Shown: one piece after another, positions 1 through 9,735 of the stretch
Layout: every line of letters begins with the position of its first letter
Position numbering within the stretch: position 1 is the first letter of the stretch
NCBI GenBank assembly: GCA_965223505.1
Contig: CBDCWP010000010.1
Span: forward strand, 32,001-96,000
Length of the DNA stretch: 64,000 nt
Reading direction: 5' to 3'
Source of the DNA: Planctomycetota bacterium
GTDB taxonomy: Bacteria; Planctomycetota; PLA2; JAEUHO01
Made by a program: the position numbers and the translations under genes
The notes under the pieces: generated by a model
The model's input: only the letters and a program-made list of their open reading frames with translations
Told to the model about the DNA's origin: nothing
The model's database searches: none

Positions 1-37
1 CGAATGCTCACTTCGAAGCGTTCGTCGTCCACGGCGG

Positions 38-490
38 CTACGGCGTGACCGTTGCGTCCTCGATCGCCATGATCTTCGCGACGCGGCCCTCGTGCCGGCC
101 GCCGTCGAACGGCGTGTCCAGGAACAAGTCGGCCATGCGCTGCATCGCAGTCGCGGAGAACGTGCGCGCACCCATGCAGGCGACGTTGGCGTCGTTGTGG
201 CGACGCGTCATCTCCGCGGTGTACTCGTTGTGGAGCGTCGCGGCGCGGATGCCGTGCACCTTGTTGGCGGCCATGCAGACGCCGATGCCGGTGCCGCAGA
301 GGACGAAGCCGCGTTCCGCGTCGCCCGACGCGACGGCGCGGGCGACGTCGGCGGCAACGTCCGGGTAGTCGACGGCGCCGCCGGGCGGACAGCCGAAGTC
401 GTTCACATCGTGTCCGTTGCCGCGCAGGTGCTCGATCAACGCGATACGTTCGTCGATCGCGGCGTGGTCGGATCCGATTGCGATCTTCAT
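38..490 (-). CDS. rpiB: Ribose-5-phosphate isomerase B
   Basis: MKIAIGSDHA, CGTGIG, ANKVHGIRAA, RRHNDANV and GGRHEGRV motifs of the RpiB/LacAB family; 4-bp overlap with the upstream gene. Confidence 0.95.
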   Translation of the reverse strand: MKIAIGSDHAAIDERIALIEHLRGNGHDVNDFGCPPGGAVDYPDVAADVARAVASGDAERGFVLCGTGIGVCMAANKVHGIRAATLHNEYTAEMTRRHNDANVACMGARTFSATAMQRMADLFLDTPFDGGRHEGRVAKIMAIEDATVTP

Positions 491-1563
491 TGCACGAGGC
501 TCCCCGCGATGATCGTTGCCGCCGCGTCGAGCCGGCGCGCCAGCTTGCGGTACTCAGGATACGGCCCGCCGGCGGGATCGGCGATGTCGCCGCCTTCCGG
601 GTCGAGCAGGAACACGTCGCGCTCGCGATGGGGGAAGAACGCCAGGATCTGTTCCCGCTGCTCGCGCTCCATGCAGAAGATCCGCGAGGACTGCTCGACG
701 AGATCCTCCGAGAGCTTCTGCGAGCGGTGCGCTTCCAGATCGAGCGGCGGATCGAACATCTCGTTCGCGACGCGGCGCGCCTTGCGCGAGGCGCGCCGGT
801 TCGGTTCGGCGGCGACACCGGCGCTCGAGACGATGAAGCCGCGTTTCTCGAGCTCGTTCTCGCGGCAGCCGATCTGCATGGCGAGCCGGCGGCGAAGAAC
901 GGCGGCGACGAGCGGGCTGCGGTCGGTGTTGCCCTTGCAAACGAAGAGGATGTTCGCCCACCGCGGCGCGCGCACCCGCCACTCGGGGATGCCGCCTTCG
1001 CGCAGCACGGTGACGTCGTCACCGACGATCTTGACGACCGTGCTGGCGACGCCGCCTTCCGCCGGTCCGCCGTCGATGACCATGTCGAGCTCGCTCGGGA
1101 AGTCACGCAGCACGTCGTCCGCGGTTGTGGGCGAAGGGTTGCCGGAGATGTTGGCGCTTGGAACGTAGAGCGGCACACCGGCCGCACGCACGAGGCCGCG
1201 CGCCAGCGGATGCGAAGGCAGTCGGAACCCGGCGAGGCCGCCCGCGCGATCGGGAAGCACGAGCGTGAGCGGACCGGGCCAGAAACGCTTCATGAGGTCG
1301 ACAGCGGCGCGGGGGATGTTCGGGCAGCGGTCGCGCACAGGTGTCGTGCTCGCGACCATCATCGTCATCGGCTTGTTGCGCGGACGACCCTTGAGCTCGT
1401 ACAGACGTTCGACCGCATCCGGAAGCTCGGCGGAGACCGCGACGCCGTAGACGGTCTCGGTCGGGAACGCAACGAGGCCGCCTCTGCGCAGGATGGCGCC
1501 GGCGCGCGCAAGCTCTTCGTCGAGCGCGCCTCGGTCCAGTACACGTAGCACTTCCGTTCCCAT
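487..1563 (-). CDS. tsaC: L-threonylcarbamoyladenylate synthase (TsaC/Sua5) fused to a C-terminal low-molecular-weight phosphatase (YwlE-like)
   Basis: N-terminal VAFPTETVYG, KGRP, PGPLT, SANISG motifs; C-terminal ILFVCKGNTDRS P-loop and DIADPAGG; ATG at 1563 chosen as start. Confidence 0.9.
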   Translation of the reverse strand: MGTEVLRVLDRGALDEELARAGAILRRGGLVAFPTETVYGVAVSAELPDAVERLYELKGRPRNKPMTMMVASTTPVRDRCPNIPRAAVDLMKRFWPGPLTLVLPDRAGGLAGFRLPSHPLARGLVRAAGVPLYVPSANISGNPSPTTADDVLRDFPSELDMVIDGGPAEGGVASTVVKIVGDDVTVLREGGIPEWRVRAPRWANILFVCKGNTDRSPLVAAVLRRRLAMQIGCRENELEKRGFIVSSAGVAAEPNRRASRKARRVANEMFDPPLDLEAHRSQKLSEDLVEQSSRIFCMEREQREQILAFFPHRERDVFLLDPEGGDIADPAGGPYPEYRKLARRLDAAATIIAGSLVQ

Positions 1564-1660
1564 GGGGGCGGAGGATACCTCCGCTTTCCCCCGCACTCAG
1601 AGATGGCGGCACCGGGTGCATTCGGCGCGGGACGAAGCGGGTGCGGTAGCCTTGTGCGCC

Positions 1661-2413
1661 ATGGACGACCGCTCGCGCGATGCCCCGACACCAAAGGGAC
1701 TTCAGTTCCTCGGCGCGGTTGCCGGCGGGCTGGTGCACGAGATTCGCAACCCGCTCTCCACCATGAACGTGACGTTGCAGCTGCTGCGGGAGGCGTGGCC
1801 GCAGGGGGAGGGGGACGCCCGCGAGCGCAAGACGGCGCGGCGCATCCACACGTTGCTCGACGAGGTGAAGCGGCTCGAGGCGATCCTCGACGACTTCATG
1901 CGGTACGCCGGAATTCGGCGCCTGAACCTGGCCAACGTGGACCTGAACCGGGTGCTGGAGGAGTTGACCGGGTTCATCCTCCCGGAGTGCGCGCGCGCGG
2001 GCGTGGAGCTGGCCTTCTACCCCGACCGCAAGCTGCCGATCATGCCGCTCGACGAGCGGCTGGTGAAGCAGGCGGTGCTCAACCTGTTCCTCAACGCGAT
2101 CCAGGCGATGGAGACGAACGACGACGAGGGAGCGGAGCGGCAGTTGATCGTCCGAACGCGACTGGACGGCGATTTCGCGCGCGTGGACGTCATCGACACG
2201 GGGCCGGGCATTCCCAAGGACGCCCGCGAGAAGGTGTGGGAGGTGTACTACAGCCGCCGGCGAACGGGCAGCGGGCTCGGCCTGCCGACGGCGCGCCGGA
2301 TCGCCGAGGAGCATGGCGGAGACCTCTCGTTCGAGACCGACGAGGGCAAGGGGACGAACTTCGTGCTGCGTCTGCCGTTGGCCGGTCCGCCGCGTGGCGA
2401 GGACGACGCGTGA
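1661..2413 (+). CDS. Histidine kinase (HisKA + HATPase_c) with no sensor or TM domain
   Basis: GLVHEIRNPL H-box, NLFLNAIQA N-box, DTGPGI, GSGLGL G-boxes. Confidence 0.9.
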   Translation: MDDRSRDAPTPKGLQFLGAVAGGLVHEIRNPLSTMNVTLQLLREAWPQGEGDARERKTARRIHTLLDEVKRLEAILDDFMRYAGIRRLNLANVDLNRVLEELTGFILPECARAGVELAFYPDRKLPIMPLDERLVKQAVLNLFLNAIQAMETNDDEGAERQLIVRTRLDGDFARVDVIDTGPGIPKDAREKVWEVYYSRRRTGSGLGLPTARRIAEEHGGDLSFETDEGKGTNFVLRLPLAGPPRGEDDA

Positions 2414-2799
2414 ACGGCGGCCCCCAGGCACTCGAAGTGTTCGGTCTGACCCTGAGCGTGGAGATGCTCGAGGACGGGATCCGCATGCGCGCGCTCTACA
2501 AGCAGACCGCGGTGCGGGGCGGTTTCACCGTGTGGCCCTCGCAGGCCCAGCTGGGGGAGCTGCTGGCGCAGATCGAGCGCCAGTATCACGACTTCGAGCA
2601 GCCGGTCGACTGGACGCTCGACGTGGGGGACAAGCACCTGTCGCTGGCGTGGACGCTCGACGGGCTCGGCCACGTGCAGGCGGGGCGGCTGCGCATGGCC
2701 GACGCGGCCGCCGGCTGGTCGCTTCAGGGGCGGCTGAGCGGCGATCAGAGCTACCTGCCCCGCATCGCGATGGGTTTGCAGCTCCTGCTGCGGGCCTAG
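2410..2799 (+). CDS. Small hypothetical protein, resembles WapI-type immunity proteins
   Basis: GTG start overlaps kinase stop (GTGA); LDGLGHV...GDQSYLP pattern recalled from WapI-like proteins; not database-checked. Confidence 0.55.
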   Translation: MNGGPQALEVFGLTLSVEMLEDGIRMRALYKQTAVRGGFTVWPSQAQLGELLAQIERQYHDFEQPVDWTLDVGDKHLSLAWTLDGLGHVQAGRLRMADAAAGWSLQGRLSGDQSYLPRIAMGLQLLLRA

Positions 2800-2930
2800 G
2801 CGTATCCCCGAGGCCCCGTCGCGCGATGTTCGTTTGGGGGGCCCCCAAGAATGGGCACGCAGCGCTGCAACGCCTGATTTCTGCCCCTTCCCCGGTGGAC
2901 CTGCCAGGATGTCGTGACACATTGGCAGCA

Positions 2931-4343
2931 ATGTCCACTGCACCCACCGCACGTTTGAAGATCCTGGTCGTCGAGGACGACGAGGCCCACGGCGAGGTCA
3001 TCGCCGACGTCCTCGAGTCCGAGGGCCACCGCGTCGCCCTCGCAACCAGCGCCGCCGCCGGGATCGAGGCCCTCGAGAAGCCGGGTATCGACCTCGTCGT
3101 CACGGACCTGCGCCTCCAGGACGCCGACGGCCTGGAGATCGTCGAGCGCTGCGGCGCCCTGCGCGGCGACCATGCCGTGCCCCAGTGCGTGGTCGTCACG
3201 GGCTACGGAACGGTCGACGGGGCCGTCGCGGCCATGCGCGCCGGCGCGCTGCACTACCTCCAGAAGCCGCTGGACGTGGACATCCTGCGCGAGACCGTCC
3301 GGTCGGCCGCCGAGCGCATCGCGCTCGAGGTCGAGAACCGCGAGCTGCAAGTCACGCTCGACAAGTCCTTCGCCTTCCCCGGCATCCTCGGTCAGACGCA
3401 GGCCATGCAGCGCATCTTCGACGTGATGAACCAGGTCGTCGAGACGGACGCCACGATCCTCATTCGCGGCGAGTCCGGCACCGGCAAGGAGCTCGTCGCC
3501 CAGGCGCTGCACCGCGCCGGCCCGCGTCGCGGCAAGCCGTTCGTGCCCCTCAACTGCGCGGCCCTGGCCGAAGGCGTGCTCGAAAGCGAGCTCTTCGGAC
3601 ACGAGGAAGGCGCGTTTACGGGCGCCAGCGCGCAGCGCAAGGGGCGCTTCGAAGCCGCGCACGGCGGGACGCTGTTCCTCGACGAGATCGGCGACATGCC
3701 TCTCGCCACGCAAGCGCACCTGCTGCGCGCGCTCGAGTCCGGCGAGATCGTGCGCGTCGGCTCGAACGACCCGCTGCAGGTGGACGTGCGCGTGATCGCC
3801 GCGACCAACCAGGACCTGGACGCCATGGTCGCCGAGAAGCGCTTCCGCGAGGACCTGAGCTTCCGACTGCGTGTCGTGCAGATCGACCTGCCTCCGTTGC
3901 GCGAGCGCCTGGCCGACCTGCCGATGCTCGCGGAGCATTTCCTCGCCGAGGCCGCGGAGAAGCACCGCAAGCCTGCGCGCAACTTCGGACCCGACGCCAT
4001 GGACCGGCTCATGAGCTACGGCTGGCCGGGGAACGTCCGGGAGCTCAAGAACGCGATCGAGAGCATGGTCTTGATGTCGCGCGGTCCGCTGCTCACCGCC
4101 GAGCAGATTCCGGCCTACGTGAAGCCGAGCGAGGAGCGGCCGGAGAGCTTGCGTAGTCTCTCCGGGCTCGTACTGGAAGACGTCGAACGCGCGCTGATAT
4201 CGAACACTTTGCGCGACGTCGGCGGCAATCGGGAACGCGCTTCGCAGATGCTGGGCATCAGCACCCGAACGCTGTACCGGAAAATCAAGGCCTTCGGCCT
4301 GTCGAGGCGCCCGAAGGGTGTCGAATCGGCAAGGTCGGACTGA
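2931..4343 (+). CDS. Sigma-54-dependent response regulator (NtrC/AtoC family: REC-AAA+-HTH)
   Basis: ILVVEDD receiver, GESGTGKE Walker [32 protein letters not shown]-terminal Fis-type HTH. Confidence 0.95.
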   Translation: MSTAPTARLKILVVEDDEAHGEVIADVLESEGHRVALATSAAAGIEALEKPGIDLVVTDLRLQDADGLEIVERCGALRGDHAVPQCVVVTGYGTVDGAVAAMRAGALHYLQKPLDVDILRETVRSAAERIALEVENRELQVTLDKSFAFPGILGQTQAMQRIFDVMNQVVETDATILIRGESGTGKELVAQALHRAGPRRGKPFVPLNCAALAEGVLESELFGHEEGAFTGASAQRKGRFEAAHGGTLFLDEIGDMPLATQAHLLRALESGEIVRVGSNDPLQVDVRVIAATNQDLDAMVAEKRFREDLSFRLRVVQIDLPPLRERLADLPMLAEHFLAEAAEKHRKPARNFGPDAMDRLMSYGWPGNVRELKNAIESMVLMSRGPLLTAEQIPAYVKPSEERPESLRSLSGLVLEDVERALISNTLRDVGGNRERASQMLGISTRTLYRKIKAFGLSRRPKGVESARSD

Positions 4344-4444
4344 CGGACCCTGCCGAATCGGCACGTCCGCGGTCGCATCGAACGTCGCAGGGCCGGTCTC
4401 CGAACAGGGTTCGGACGGTGGTTTTTGAAGAAAAAGGAGCCGAA

Positions 4445-6385
4445 ATGGCCGAACGGATCATTGGTATCGACCTCGGAACGACCAACAGCGTCGTCGCCGT
4501 GATGGAAGGCGGCGAGCCGCGCGTGATCGTCAATCAGGACGGCCATCGCATCACCCCCAGCGTCGTCGCGTTCACCGAGGGCGGCGAGCGGTTGGTGGGG
4601 CAGGCGGCGCGCCGTCAGGCCGTGACGAACCCCGAGAACACGGTCTACAGCATCAAGCGCTTCATGGGCCGCCGGCACAACGAGGTGGAGTCCGAAGAGA
4701 AGCTCGTCTCGTACCGCATCGTCGGGGCGCCCGACGAGCTCGTGAAGTGCGACATCCGCGGCAAGACGTACACGCCCCCGGAGATCTCCGCGATCATCCT
4801 CCAGCACCTCAAGAAGGCCGCGGAAGACCACCTCGGTGGGCCGGTCAAGGACGCGGTGATCACGGTCCCGGCGTACTTCAACGACAGCCAGCGCCAGGCG
4901 ACGAAGGACGCCGGTGTCATCGCCGGCCTCAACGTGCGCCGCATCCTCAACGAGCCGACGGCGGCCGCGCTGTCCTTCGGCATCAACAAGAAGGAGACCG
5001 GCACCATCGCCGTCTTCGACCTGGGCGGCGGCACGTTCGACATCTCGATCCTCGAGCTCAACGAGGGCGTCTTCGAGGTCAAGTCGACCAACGGCGACAC
5101 GCACCTCGGTGGTGACGACTTCGACCAGATCCTGCTCGACCACGTCGCGGACGAGTTCAAGAGCGAGCACGGTATCGACCTGCGTCAGGACACGATGGCG
5201 CTGCACCGCGTGCGCGAGGCGTGCGAGAAGGCCAAGATCGACCTCTCGAGCTCGCCGCAGACCGACATCAACCTGCCGTTCATCACGGCCGACGCCGCCG
5301 GTCCGAAGCACCTCACACGCAGCATCACCCGCGCGAAGTTCGAGCAGCTCATCAGCGAGACGCTCGACCGCGTCCGCGGACCGTGCCAGAAGGCGATCGA
5401 GGACGCCGGCATCGCCGCGTCCGAGCTCGACGAGGTGCTGCTCGTCGGCGGCTCGACGCGCATCCCGCTCGTCCAGACGGTGGTCAAGGAGATCTTCGGC
5501 AAGGAAGGCAACAAGACCGTCAACCCCGACGAAGGCGTCGCGCTCGGCGCCGCGATCCAGGCCGGCATCCTGTCGGGCGACGAGACGCTGCAGGACCTGC
5601 TCCTGCTCGACGTCACGCCGCTGTCGCTGGGCGTCGAGGTCCAGGGCGGCATGATGCACACGCTCATCGAGCGCAACACGACGATCCCGACCAAGAAGGA
5701 CGAGGTGTTCTCGACCGCCGCGGACAACCAGCCGCAGGTCGAGGTGCACGTCCTGCAAGGCGAGCGGCCGCAGGCCTCGGCCAACCGCACGCTCGGCAAG
5801 TTCATCCTCGACGGAATCCCGCCGGCGCCGCGCGGCATGCCGCAGATCGAGGTGACGTTCGACATCGATGCCAACGGCATCCTCAAGGTGTCCGCCAAGG
5901 ACAAGGGCACCGGCAAGGAGCAGAACGTGGTGATCGAGTCGTCCTCGGGTCTCTCCAAGGACGAGGTCGAGCAGATGCGCAAGGAAGCCGAGTCGCACGC
6001 CGAGGAGGACGCCAAGTTCAAGGAGGTCGGCGAGGCGCGCAACAAGGCTGATCACGCGCTGCACGAGGTCGACAAGCTCCTGAGCGAGCACGGCGACAAG
6101 GCCGACGACGCGATCAAGAGCACCATCGAAGAGAAGAAGAAGGCGCTCGAGAGCGTGAAGGACGGCGACGACCCCGCGGCGATCGAGGCGGCCATCAACG
6201 ACCTGATGACGGCCATGCAGGAGATCGCGAAGAAGGTCTACGCCGAGGCGCAGGCGGCCGATCCGGCTGCCGCCGCCGCAGCGGCCGCCGCCGCGGGCGG
6301 TGTGCCGGACGCCGGGACCGAGACCACGTCGGCCGAGAGCGACGAGAACGTCATCGACGCCGACTTCGAGGTGAAGGAGACGTAG
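4445..6385 (+). CDS. dnaK: Chaperone DnaK (Hsp70)
   Basis: [32 protein letters not shown] tail; AAGGAG RBS upstream. Confidence 0.98.
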   Translation: MAERIIGIDLGTTNSVVAVMEGGEPRVIVNQDGHRITPSVVAFTEGGERLVGQAARRQAVTNPENTVYSIKRFMGRRHNEVESEEKLVSYRIVGAPDELVKCDIRGKTYTPPEISAIILQHLKKAAEDHLGGPVKDAVITVPAYFNDSQRQATKDAGVIAGLNVRRILNEPTAAALSFGINKKETGTIAVFDLGGGTFDISILELNEGVFEVKSTNGDTHLGGDDFDQILLDHVADEFKSEHGIDLRQDTMALHRVREACEKAKIDLSSSPQTDINLPFITADAAGPKHLTRSITRAKFEQLISETLDRVRGPCQKAIEDAGIAASELDEVLLVGGSTRIPLVQTVVKEIFGKEGNKTVNPDEGVALGAAIQAGILSGDETLQDLLLLDVTPLSLGVEVQGGMMHTLIERNTTIPTKKDEVFSTAADNQPQVEVHVLQGERPQASANRTLGKFILDGIPPAPRGMPQIEVTFDIDANGILKVSAKDKGTGKEQNVVIESSSGLSKDEVEQMRKEAESHAEEDAKFKEVGEARNKADHALHEVDKLLSEHGDKADDAIKSTIEEKKKALESVKDGDDPAAIEAAINDLMTAMQEIAKKVYAEAQAADPAAAAAAAAAAGGVPDAGTETTSAESDENVIDADFEVKET

Positions 6386-6409
6386 GCGCGGCGCGGCTGC
6401 GCCGCGCCT
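6384..6409 (+). terminator. GC-rich hairpin after the dnaK stop
   Basis: AGGCGCGGCGC-GGCT-GCGCCGCGCCT, 11-bp perfect stem; no U-tract. Confidence 0.45.
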
Positions 6410-6476
6410 GTAGGGGCAGCCCTCGTGGCTGCCCAACCGGGGCACGGAATTGGGCGACCACGAGGGTCGCCCCTAC
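6410..6476. repeat. REP doublet (GTAG-type REPs in inverted orientation)
   Basis: GTAG-GGGCAGCC-ctcgt-GGCTGCCC ... GGGCGACC-acgag-GGTCGCCC-CTAC. Confidence 0.9.
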
Positions 6477-6559
6477 ATCCGCCAGCGTTCATCGCCTCGC
6501 GGTCGCCGAGGTGTCGTGCACGATCACGTGCACGTTCACGTCCACGTGGCGCAGAAGCT

Positions 6560-6627
6560 GTAGGGGCAGCCCTTGTGGCTGCCCAACCGAGGACGCGTAG
6601 TTGGGCGACCACGAGGGTCGCCCCTAC
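6560..6627. repeat. REP doublet
   Basis: Same two palindromes as 6410-6476; terminal CTAC overlaps the EVE gene stop. Confidence 0.9.
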
Positions 6628-7091
6628 GTCGCCATCTTGACGACGTGGTCGAACTCGGCCTTGCGCACGGGCTGCACCGACAGCCGCGCGCCGCGCTGAA
6701 CGACCATCATCTTCGCGAGCTTCTTTTCGCCCTTCAGCGCCGAGAGCTCGACCACCTCGTCGAACTTGCGCACGAACGTCACGTCCACGACGTACCAGCG
6801 CGGGTCGTCCTTGCTCGACTTCGCGTCGTAGTACTTCGACTTCTTGTCGAACTGCTCGGGGTCCGGGTAGCCGGCGCGCGTCACCTTGGCGATTCCGGCC
6901 ACGCCCATGGGCTTCGCGTTGCTGTGGTAGTAGAGGACCTCGTCGCCCTTCTGGATCTCGTCGCGCAACAGATTGCGCGCCTGGTAGTTGCGAACGCCCT
7001 CCCAGTACGTCGTCTGCTTCGGCGCCTTCCTCAGGTCGTCGATGCTGAACACGTCGGGCTCGCTCTTGAACAGCCAGTACTTCTTCGCCAC
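6624..7091 (-). CDS. EVE domain protein
   Basis: YWLFKSEP, WEGVRNYQARN, YYHSN, RLSVQPV motifs; GTG start with GGAG RBS. Confidence 0.92.
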   Translation of the reverse strand: MAKKYWLFKSEPDVFSIDDLRKAPKQTTYWEGVRNYQARNLLRDEIQKGDEVLYYHSNAKPMGVAGIAKVTRAGYPDPEQFDKKSKYYDAKSSKDDPRWYVVDVTFVRKFDEVVELSALKGEKKLAKMMVVQRGARLSVQPVRKAEFDHVVKMAT

Positions 7092-7126
7092 AGGTCGGTC
7101 TCCGTCGGGCGCCACACGGTACCGGA

Positions 7127-8203
7127 TCAGGCGAAGAATGTAGACGCCGCCTCGGCGTGCGGCAGCGGCTCCGGAATGTCGAGCTTCGGCTCGTTCTGAA
7201 TCCACCACTGCTGCGCCGCCTCCGGCGACCACACGCCGGCGTCCGGACACGCCTCGAGCGCGTGCAACACGGCGCCCGCCGTCGGCGGCCGCGCGTCCGG
7301 CACCTTTTCCAGGCACTGCATCACCAACCGCTCGAGCGTGGGCTCGATGTCGCGCCCGGTGCGCTCGCTCAGCGGCTCCGGCGCGTCCTTGATGTGCTTG
7401 CGCAGGATCTCGATGTCCGTTTCGCCGCGAAACACGTGATCCCCGGCGAGCATGAAGTACGCGACGGCGCCGATGGCGTACAGGTCCTGGCGGCCGTCGT
7501 GCCGGAAGGCGGGCGACAGCGCTTCGGGCGCCATGTAATGCGGCGTGCCGCTGATGTGCTTCGGCATGTCCTCCTCGATGTCGTCGGCCACGTTCTTGAC
7601 GAGCCCGAAGTCGAGCACCTTGAGCCAGTCGTACACTCCGCCGCGAACGCACAACATCAAGTTGCCCGGCTTGATGTCGCGGTGGATGAGCCGTACGCCG
7701 TGCGCCTCGCTCAACGAGCCGCAGAGCTGACGCAGCACGTGGATCGTGCGGCTCTCTCCGAACGGCCCCGTCTTCGCGATGATCCGTTCGAGCGACGCGC
7801 CCGCGAGGTACTCCATCGCGTAGTAGAAACGGCCGTCACGCGTTCGTCCGTGGTCGTAGATCGCGACGGTGTTCGGATGGCGAAGCTGCGCCGTCAGCTG
7901 AACCTCCTGTTCGAAGTAGCTGATCGCCTCCTCGTCGGCGACGTTCATGCGCAACGCCTTGACCGCGGCGGGGCGAGCCAGCTGCGCGTGACGCGCGAGG
8001 TACACCTCGCCCATGCCGCCGTCGCCGATCTTGCGCTCGAGCGTGTAAGGCCCGAGGCGCGACGGGGAGACGCCGCCGTTTCCCGGCCTCGAGCCGCGCC
8101 GGCGCAGCCACCAGAGGACGAAAGTCGCCGTCGAGGCGACGAGCACGCCCACGAGCACCGAAGCGGGATCCAGGGCGGCCGGGGTCGGAAGAGGTGCGGG
8201 CAT
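7127..8203 (-). CDS. Ser/Thr protein kinase with N-terminal TM anchor
   Basis: IGDGGMGEVY, AVK, HRDIKPGN, DFGL, GTPHYMAPE; hydrophobic N-terminus. Confidence 0.92.
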   Translation of the reverse strand: MPAPLPTPAALDPASVLVGVLVASTATFVLWWLRRRGSRPGNGGVSPSRLGPYTLERKIGDGGMGEVYLARHAQLARPAAVKALRMNVADEEAISYFEQEVQLTAQLRHPNTVAIYDHGRTRDGRFYYAMEYLAGASLERIIAKTGPFGESRTIHVLRQLCGSLSEAHGVRLIHRDIKPGNLMLCVRGGVYDWLKVLDFGLVKNVADDIEEDMPKHISGTPHYMAPEALSPAFRHDGRQDLYAIGAVAYFMLAGDHVFRGETDIEILRKHIKDAPEPLSERTGRDIEPTLERLVMQCLEKVPDARPPTAGAVLHALEACPDAGVWSPEAAQQWWIQNEPKLDIPEPLPHAEAASTFFA

Positions 8204-8271
8204 GCGGCGCAGAGGATACCCGTTTGGCTGATGACCGTCGGGAAGCACGGGTTGGTACGATTGCCCGCGTG

Positions 8272-9696
8272 ATGCATCGCACCCTTTGTCTCGTGGTCGT
8301 TCTCGCCGTCTCCCCGCCCGCCCGCGCGGACGAGTCGCCCGCCAAGGGCGCCGCGCACGCCGTTCCGAAGGTGGACGGCATGGTCTTCGTCGGCGTCAAC
8401 GAGCACGGCGCGGAGGAGTGGTATCGCGTCATCGACGAGGCCATCGTGATCCGGATTCCCGGCGGTCCGTTCCTCGAGCGGCCCTACGAGGCCCAAGGGA
8501 CGACCGAGGATCCGAAGCCCTCCAACGTCGCGTCGTTCTTCGTCGACAAGCACGAGGTGACCAACGCGCAGTTCGTCCGGTTTCTCAACGCGGTCGTTCC
8601 GAACGGACGCACATCGCTCTCGAAAGACGGACCTGCGCTGTTGGTGCCGCCCGCGGAGAAGCGATGGGCGCACATCCTGCGCGCGGTCAACGACGGGAAG
8701 GAGCACCCGTCCGACGGCTGGCGCGTCGTCCCCGGCCGTGAGTCGCATCCGGCCACGATGGCGACGGGACACGGCGCGCTGCAATACGCGAAGTGGGTTC
8801 GGGGCCGCATTCCCGAGCGCAGGGAGTGGGAGAAGGCGGCGGGCGGACCGAAAGGGCTGATCTATCCGTGGGGCGATGCGCCGCCCGACGCGACCCGCGC
8901 GAACTTCGGCGGCGTCGATGCGAAAGGCACGTTACCCGTCGGCTCGCGGCCCGACGGCGCGTCGCCCTACGGCGTCATGGACATGGCCGGCAACGCGTAC
9001 GAGCGCGTCATGACGATTCGCAACAACCAGAGCCTTCCCGTCATGATCAAGGGCGGCGCCTGGGTCTCGCCGCATCCCCTCAACCTGCGGGTGAGCGACA
9101 TGTGCGTCCAGCCGATGCAGGTTGCGGATCGAAGTGTCGGGTTCCGGTGCGCGATGGACGATCCGCAGCCGGACCGCGCCTCGATGCCCGAAGATGCGTC
9201 GCCTGTCTTGCGGCTCGAGAGCGACTTCAGCGACGCCGTCGAACGCGCGCAGGAAGAGCGCAAGCCGATCTTCCTGTCGCTGATGTACGAAACCTGCGGC
9301 CAGTGCGACCGGGTGCGTGCCCAGCTCTATCGCGATCCGCTGTTCATCGCGTACTGCAACGAGTACATGGTCGTCGTGTTCGGCCTGCAGGCCGGCGACG
9401 CCACCACCCGTGGCTACAAGCCCAAGGACCGTCCGCTGCATCCGGACATCGAGCAGTGGGAGCACCACCATCTCTTCAGCCGCGGCATCGCGGTGGTCGA
9501 GGGCTTCCAGGTTTCGCCGGGGAACTTCGTGCTGCATCCCGATCGCGCCGCGCCCGGCGCCGGAGAGAAGGCCCTGCTCGTCTCGGAGCGCGAGCTACCG
9601 AAGTGGGGCGGCGCCACGGACACGTACCTGCGCGCGTTCGATCGCGCGCGCAAGGCGTTGGCCGCGGAGGACGCGAAAGCCTCCGAGAAAAAGTGA
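8272..9696 (+). CDS. Secreted FGE-sulfatase (SUMF1-like) domain protein with C-terminal thioredoxin-like CxxC domain
   Basis: Signal peptide ending ARA; EVTNAQF, EWEKAA, YPWG, DMAGN, GFRCA; then YETCGQC. Confidence 0.82.
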   Translation: MHRTLCLVVVLAVSPPARADESPAKGAAHAVPKVDGMVFVGVNEHGAEEWYRVIDEAIVIRIPGGPFLERPYEAQGTTEDPKPSNVASFFVDKHEVTNAQFVRFLNAVVPNGRTSLSKDGPALLVPPAEKRWAHILRAVNDGKEHPSDGWRVVPGRESHPATMATGHGALQYAKWVRGRIPERREWEKAAGGPKGLIYPWGDAPPDATRANFGGVDAKGTLPVGSRPDGASPYGVMDMAGNAYERVMTIRNNQSLPVMIKGGAWVSPHPLNLRVSDMCVQPMQVADRSVGFRCAMDDPQPDRASMPEDASPVLRLESDFSDAVERAQEERKPIFLSLMYETCGQCDRVRAQLYRDPLFIAYCNEYMVVVFGLQAGDATTRGYKPKDRPLHPDIEQWEHHHLFSRGIAVVEGFQVSPGNFVLHPDRAAPGAGEKALLVSERELPKWGGATDTYLRAFDRARKALAAEDAKASEKK

Positions 9697-9735
9697 ACCG
9701 GAAACGGGTGTGACGGGCACTCCACACCAGACGCG

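Noticed and set aside
2851..2870. Sigma-54 promoter upstream of the NtrC-type gene (GGCACG...TGCA)
   Set aside because: GG-to-GC spacing is 11 nt, not the required 10.
4115..6445. Long antisense and alternate-frame ORFs (for example 4115-6445, 12166-14688, 26503-29145, 39588-41819, 49180-51534)
   Set aside because: Shadow ORFs typical of high-GC codon bias, overlapping well-supported genes, with Arg/Ala/Gly-rich motif-less translations.
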